DNA of 63,897 nucleotides, filler included, from Olpidium bornovanus S191 (Eukaryota; Fungi; Olpidiomycota): NCBI GenBank assembly GCA_017911155.1. It is 25 parts of 25 records of this genome, joined end to end, with 100 filler letters (N's around TTAATTAATTAA, not from the genome) between each part and the next. Parts side by side here need not be neighbours in the genome. Positions count along the whole stretch, not along the records: positions 58,397 to 62,398 come from JAEFCI010004524.1; positions 62,499 to 63,897 come from JAEFCI010007261.1; 23 more parts are not named here. One strand, 5' to 3'. Shown piece by piece: positions 58,782 to 63,897 of this stretch (position 1 is its first letter; each line of letters starts with the position of its first letter). The notes under the pieces were generated by a model. It saw only the letters and a program-made list of their open reading frames with translations, ran no database searches and was not told where the DNA came from. The position numbers and the translations under genes were made by a program.

Positions 58782-60338
58782 ATGCTCTTCTCGTCGTCCC
58801 GGCGGGCGGCCATCCTGGCACGGCTGCAGTGCTGGCAGGCGCCGCTCGCCAGGGCCGCTCGCACCGCCCCACCGGCCGCGACCGCGGTCTCCGCCGGCCC
58901 GGCCCCCGCCACGCCCGGCCGCCGGCGGAACCCCCCCGTCAGGTTTCTCGGCGGCGCTGCGGCGGAAGCCGCCCACCCGGCCTCGGATGCGGACGGCGGC
59001 GAGCCCGCCGCCCCGCCGCAGACGCCGCCGCCGGGCGGCGCCGCGTCTCCTCCTGCCGTTGACGGTCCGCCACGCACGCCGCGCCCCGCCTTCCTCTCGG
59101 ACGTCGCCGCCATGGACGAGCTGGGCGACCGGATCAAGGCCCTCGAGTCCGTGACGACTTCGGTGCGGTTCCCGCCGACGGCGCACTTCTGCGTCCGGCT
59201 GGACGGCGTAGGCTTTCACCAGCTGCCCCAGGGGTTTTTCAAGCCGTTCGACGAGCGGCTCCTGGACGCGATGATGTTCACGGCGCGGGACGTGCTCGAG
59301 AAGTACGACGCGGCGTCCCTGGCCTACGTGGAGAGCGACGAGATCACGCTGCTGTTCCCGTCGAGGCTGACAGCGACCGAGGACGGGGACCCGGACCCGC
59401 TGCCGGTGGGGCTAGCGACGGGGGATGCAGAAGCGCTCGAGGAGCTGTGGGAGGAGGAGCAAGACGGGGCGAACCCGGCTGCGGCGGCGCCGGGAAAGTG
59501 CCCGAAAAAGGAGGCGGCGAAGAGGGCGAACCTGCGGCGCCGGAAGCGGGCCATGGCGCTGGCCATGGCCAGGGGGGAGGAGAAGCTGGACGATTACGGT
59601 TTCACCCACCCGTACGGCGGGCGGGTATTCAAGCTGCTGTCAACGACGGCCGCCTACGCCGCCACGCGGTTCAACCACCACCTGAGCAGCCTGTGCAAGG
59701 ACGTCCCCGTCCGCGAACGGCACGTCGCGCCACCCCCGGCCTACGCGGAAGGGCAGGCCAGGCCCACGACCCACGACTACCTCGCGCCGCTGACCGAATC
59801 GACGCTGCGCAAGGCCAGGTCCCACACGGCCATGTTCGACTCGCGGGCCTTCGAGGTGCCCGACCTGGCCACCCTCGCCGACTGCGTCTACTGGCGCTCG
59901 TCGCACGACTGCATCCGCAACGCCGTCAACGGGCTCGCACGGTCCCAGTTCTCGCACCGGAGGCTGAACGGCGTGCCCTTGCGCAGGGCCATCGAGATGC
60001 TCGCCGCCGAGAGGGGCATCGACCCCGAGACCCATTTGCGGCCGCGCGCTATGTTCGGCACGTTCATCAAGCGCCACTGGTGCGAGGTCCGACCCGAGGA
60101 CCTGGCCGGCACCGTCACCAACGAGCCGCCGGGAGTCCCGGTATACCGCACCCAAATCAAGTGCGCCCCCGTGAACTGGAAGGACTGGACGCCAGAGGCG
60201 CGGAGCAAGTTTGCTGCGGCAAAGTACTGGCCCGCGCAGGGAGTGCCCGGCGAATTTCCCGCCCACGGCGCGCCTGCCACGGTCTTCTTCGGAAAGCGAG
60301 GGTCCAACTATTCGCCCACTTTGCCCTTGGAGGCGTAG
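58782..60338 (+). CDS. Thg1-like protein (TLP), tRNA 3'-5' polymerase / guanylyltransferase superfamily, single exon, 518 aa with ~110-aa N-terminal leader
   Basis: MDELGDRIKALE, CVRLDGVGF...FKPFDERLLDAM, AYVESDEITLLF, GRVFKLLS..A.YA..RFN, AMFDSRAF, YWRS.HDCIRNAVN, FGTFIKR. Catalytic DG and SDE motifs intact. Confidence 0.92.
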   Translation: MLFSSSRRAAILARLQCWQAPLARAARTAPPAATAVSAGPAPATPGRRRNPPVRFLGGAAAEAAHPASDADGGEPAAPPQTPPPGGAASPPAVDGPPRTPRPAFLSDVAAMDELGDRIKALESVTTSVRFPPTAHFCVRLDGVGFHQLPQGFFKPFDERLLDAMMFTARDVLEKYDAASLAYVESDEITLLFPSRLTATEDGDPDPLPVGLATGDAEALEELWEEEQDGANPAAAAPGKCPKKEAAKRANLRRRKRAMALAMARGEEKLDDYGFTHPYGGRVFKLLSTTAAYAATRFNHHLSSLCKDVPVRERHVAPPPAYAEGQARPTTHDYLAPLTESTLRKARSHTAMFDSRAFEVPDLATLADCVYWRSSHDCIRNAVNGLARSQFSHRRLNGVPLRRAIEMLAAERGIDPETHLRPRAMFGTFIKRHWCEVRPEDLAGTVTNEPPGVPVYRTQIKCAPVNWKDWTPEARSKFAAAKYWPAQGVPGEFPAHGAPATVFFGKRGSNYSPTLPLEA

Positions 60339-60612
60339 AAGTTTCTTAGTTTTGTCGTCTTCGTCGTTGTCGTCGTCGCTAAAACATATAGAAATCATCG
60401 GGACTCGCGCTAATCATCACGCCTTTCGACCGTAGAATCCGCCGTTGGTGCTGTTCCTCCTCCCCCCCACCCCCCCCAAAAAAAAGCACAAAAAAAGAAA
60501 AGTCGTCCGAAACAACGGGCAGCGGGGTTCGGGACCGCCCTAGTTTCATTTTGAGAATCCTCAGATACTCGGTGGATTACGATAACGCGCCGCAGTTTCC
60601 GTACGAGAATCG

Positions 60613-62215
60613 CTACCTTCCCGCAACGGGACGCCGGGGCTCCTGGCCCAGGTTCTCTCCTTCTGACGGCGACTCCCGCAAAACAGGAGTGACCTCCGAG
60701 CAACAAGCTGGGCAGCGCGTGGCGCGCCGCGAGATTCTTGTAGTGCAGTACGGGCACTCGCAGTGCTCCGGATCTTCTGGTAACCTGAACGTGAAAAACG
60801 CTTTTGATACTGCAGAACCGAACCGGGTTAAGATCTTTCGGAGAGGGAAGAGGCAAGACACTCCGCAGAGGCCGGCCGGCGCGGCAGGCAAACCTGGCGG
60901 GCCGTCGCGTTTCCCCCGACGACCCTTCGCCCGACAACAGCTTTTTTTTTTTCTTTTTTTTCTTTTTTCTTTTTTTTTTTTTTTTTTTTACCTCTCAGGA
61001 CGTAGTACACGGCGAAGCCCATTGTGAAAAAGGAACAGAGTTGCCGCACGAACTTTCCGATGTTTACGGTAATCTGGAATGGGGGGTCGAGGCTCCGTTT
61101 CAACCGCCGCGCAGGAAATTTGTTCGAATTTTCCTGCTTTTCGACGAGCGCCTCTCTCCGGAAGGCCAACCCCCTCCCCTTCCTTCCGCTCACCGCCCCG
61201 TCTGCCACGGCGTCGTCGAGCGTCTTGTACGGACGTCTTCGGTCGCGCCGCGGGTTCTTTCCCGCCCGGAGGACGATGAATTTGTCCACGATCTGCGGCC
61301 CTGAAAAAAAAATATATATATTGAGCGTTCTTGAGCCTTCCCCGGGCGACAGCAAAACGGGGAAAAGGGAGAGTTCGGGGGGAGTGGCGAAAGAGGGCCG
61401 TGGGGGGACGCGGGCCCGTTTTCTTTTTTTTTTTTTTTTTTCTTTTGTTGATTCCTAGCCCCGCGGGCGGTTTGCACGGCCCTCCACTTACCGAGAAGCA
61501 GCGAAAGCGGCCCCGCGAGCAGGTCGTTTAGGAACGACCGGACGGTGTCCGTGAACGCGTTGCCTGCAAAGGCGAAACTTGCCGGATCAGCGTTCCCGCG
61601 GCGCACCTCGCGCACAAACGCCCGGGCGACGCCCAAAAAAGTTTCCGAACGGGAGGAGAGAACGTTCAGGGGGGGGGAAGGGAGAGGGGGGCGGAAGTTG
61701 GAAAAGTCGCGCCGACGCGGGTAAACCACACCGGTCGGTGTCTACCCCTGCTCCCAAGCGAACAAGGAGGCAGCTTAAACAGGAAAGAGAAGGAGAGAAA
61801 GAAAGAGAAGAGCGGGGTACGCGAAAGCCAAGGACGAGAAATCCTACCGCCGGCCGTTGAACGCCCGCTCACCTACGACGACGCCCACGCCCGTCTCGAT
61901 GACTCTCGTCTCGACGACGTACGCCTTGAAGAGGCGCCAGCCGTCGCAGGCGGCGGCGATCGTGCGGGCTTTCGTCGCCCTGGGGAACGCCGCCGCGGCG
62001 GCCAGCCCGGGCGCGCTGAAGAGTTTCGGCCGGCGCTGCTCGCCGGACGCCGCCGGGGCGCGGCCGCGGCTCCCGGGCGGGGCGCGCGGGTTCTCGCCGC
62101 CCCCGGGGACCGCGGGGGCCTGCGAGGGCCGGCGCGAAAGGGCGGCGGCGTCGCCGGCGGCCGCAGCGCCTCCTCCTCCTCCTCGCGCTCGGCCTGCGGC
62201 CGGCCCGGAGCTCAT
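60613..62215 (-). CDS. mscL: MscL-family large-conductance mechanosensitive channel, five exons, C-terminal CxxC...CxxC cluster
   Basis: Spliced: WRLFKAYVVETRVIETGVGVVVG|NAFTDTVRSFLNDLLAGPLSLLL|...DKFIVLRAG...YKTLDDAVADGAV|ITVNIGKFVRQLCSFFTMGFAVYYVLR|VSKAFF...ECPYCTTRISRRATRCPACCS. Donors/acceptors at 61873, 61563, 60992 and 60809 keep the frame. Confidence 0.85.
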
Positions 62216-62346
62216 GTGGCGCACGGGCGGGGCGGGCGCTCCGCTCGGGTTCGGCGGAGCCGGGAGCGAATTTTTCCGCGGAGGGAAGAGGCAGAGAGAG
62301 AGAAAGAAAACGAGGGGCGCGAACAAAGAAGAAGAAGAAGAAGAAG

Positions 62347-62382
<36 letters not shown>

Positions 62383-63249
62383 GGGCGGCCCCCCCCCCNN
62401 NNNNNNNNNNNNNNNNNNNNNNNNNNNNNNNNNNNNNNNNNNTTAATTAATTAANNNNNNNNNNNNNNNNNNNNNNNNNNNNNNNNNNNNNNNNNNNNGA
62501 GAGGGGTTCAGGGGCGGATTCTGGGTTAATTCAGGGGTTGAATGTGCGCAGGAATGCGCTTCCTTCCCCTTTTCCAGCACCCCGCCTCACTAAGAACATC
62601 TAACTGCCAACTATCCATGGCCGTCCGATACACTAACCCATCTGCCTTTGATCAATGCAATTCTCTTCAGACTCGGCTGTTTCTCGTTTGTGCAATCGCG
62701 GTGCCGCACGCGCTATATACGTCTTGCGCGTTTTGACGCGCCGCATGTACCAGATGCGTCGTGCACCTATCATATCGCCCGGAACTTGATGAATTTGTGA
62801 TTTGTCTAACGGCTTGGTGTGAATATTTCTGCGGGATTCTCTGCTGAGGGAACTCGGTCGATCTCGATGGCTCCGTTAGCCGCGCACCCATCGAAGGTGA
62901 TGGACACACCGTTTTATGCGCTTGCTCCGGGCGAGTTAGTTGCCTTGGCATCCGCTGCAAACTCCGGCTGCTCCCGTATTTTTCCATCACGGGGCATTTT
63001 TTTTTTCCGGTGTTGTCGTTGCGGCGTGAGGCCAAGATGCTCCATTATCCCATGCACCCCACCGGGTCTCTTGTGCCTGCTGCTGGGCCGGCCCGGAAAC
63101 GCTGCCTCGGCAAGATAGAAGCGGCAACGCGCTTTCGGCGTGAGCGTCGCCGACATATCGCTTCCGTGCTGGTAGAGGAGCGGCAACCCCTGTTTTCGAC
63201 GCGCCAGTTTCGCGGCGTCCAACCCATTCGTAATCGTAGAATTGTCTGC

Positions 63250-63880
63250 TACAGATTTAGCTAACTATTGATCACTAACTAAAAGGTAAATATTGGTGAT
63301 TTGAACCGTAATTAATAATATCTGTAGTTAAGAAAGGTATATTATTTACTAATGGATTTATACCACATTATCTATACCTGCACCAATACCTTATACGGTA
63401 GTGTACCAGTATATTCACTTTATTGCACCAAATCAAACTAGTACTGAATCTGAATCTGCGAATCCCTTATACAGCAACAATAATTATAACGTATATTATA
63501 AAATATTATGAATAGTATCTGTAATAAAATAAAACAATTATTGTAGTGTAAAATATTAGTATTAGTATAAATCTATCTATAAATTAATTAATCAGTGTAA
63601 AATATAATCCGGCTCCAAAAGGCTCCTTCGGCTCCGGTTCTGGCACCCCCGCCACAGACCACACCGAACTCCGGCTCCGGCTTTCTGGTTATGGCTCCGG
63701 CGGTTCCGGCTCTGGATCCACCTCCCTGCTCCGTCGCTCCTCTTCCCCCTCCCACCCATTTCCGGCATAATGAATCTGAACCCGGGAGGATCCGTCCTGC
63801 AAAATCTGCGAATCTCTTTGAACCTGCAAATTCCACGAATATTCGAATCCTGTGGAATCCTGCGCGTGTTTTGGGGGCGT
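63250..63880. repeat. AT-rich island followed by GGCTCC and GAATC motif clusters; possible transposon terminal/subterminal region
   Basis: 63250-63608 is strongly AT-rich against a GC-rich background; AGTGTAAAATAT occurs twice (~63545, ~63594); then repeated (CC)GGCTCC and GCAAAATCT/GCGAATCT/GCAAATTCC motifs. Confidence 0.45.
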
Positions 63881-63897
63881 TTCAGGCAACGTCATGA

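Noticed and set aside
63841-63850. TTCGAATCC as a tRNA T-loop
   Set aside because: No cloverleaf, acceptor stem or A-box nearby; it is part of the GAATC motif cluster. No tRNA or rRNA gene was found in the window.

Overview
This window is not contiguous genomic DNA. It is 25 short eukaryotic contigs (about 1-8.8 kb each) joined by 24 artificial 100-bp spacers (44 N + TTAATTAATTAA + 44 N), so gene neighbourhoods can only be read within a contig. The DNA is GC-rich and intron-rich (GT-AG), with many homopolymer tracts. The gene set is fungal: low-MW thioredoxin reductase, PEP4-like protease, NHP6, an Ssk1-type regulator fragment, a LysM-UBA protein and fungal-type MscL. It also contains ciliary genes, namely a full-length NPHP1-like transition-zone gene and a kinesin-2 IFT motor, which points to a zoosporic (flagellated) fungus. 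An Olpidium-like lineage is my inference, not something shown by the sequence. Other recognisable genes are IVD, REV1, ELP6, the AP-1 gamma ear, TSR4/PDCD2L, an AGGF1-like OCRE-FHA-G-patch gene, an FYRC-domain gene, RFA1, a homeodomain gene, a RING gene with a recent 207-bp internal duplication and a CS-domain gene, plus decayed Gypsy and Copia fragments. The most interesting locus is contig 58397-62398. It carries an intronless Thg1-like protein (TLP, prokaryote-type 3'-5' polymerase) with a mitochondrial-type leader, a candidate mitochondrial tRNA 5'-editing/repair enzyme. Tail-to-tail with it lies a spliced MscL mechanosensitive channel with atypical gate residues and a C-terminal Cys cluster. 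All family assignments come from motif recognition by eye; no database search was run.
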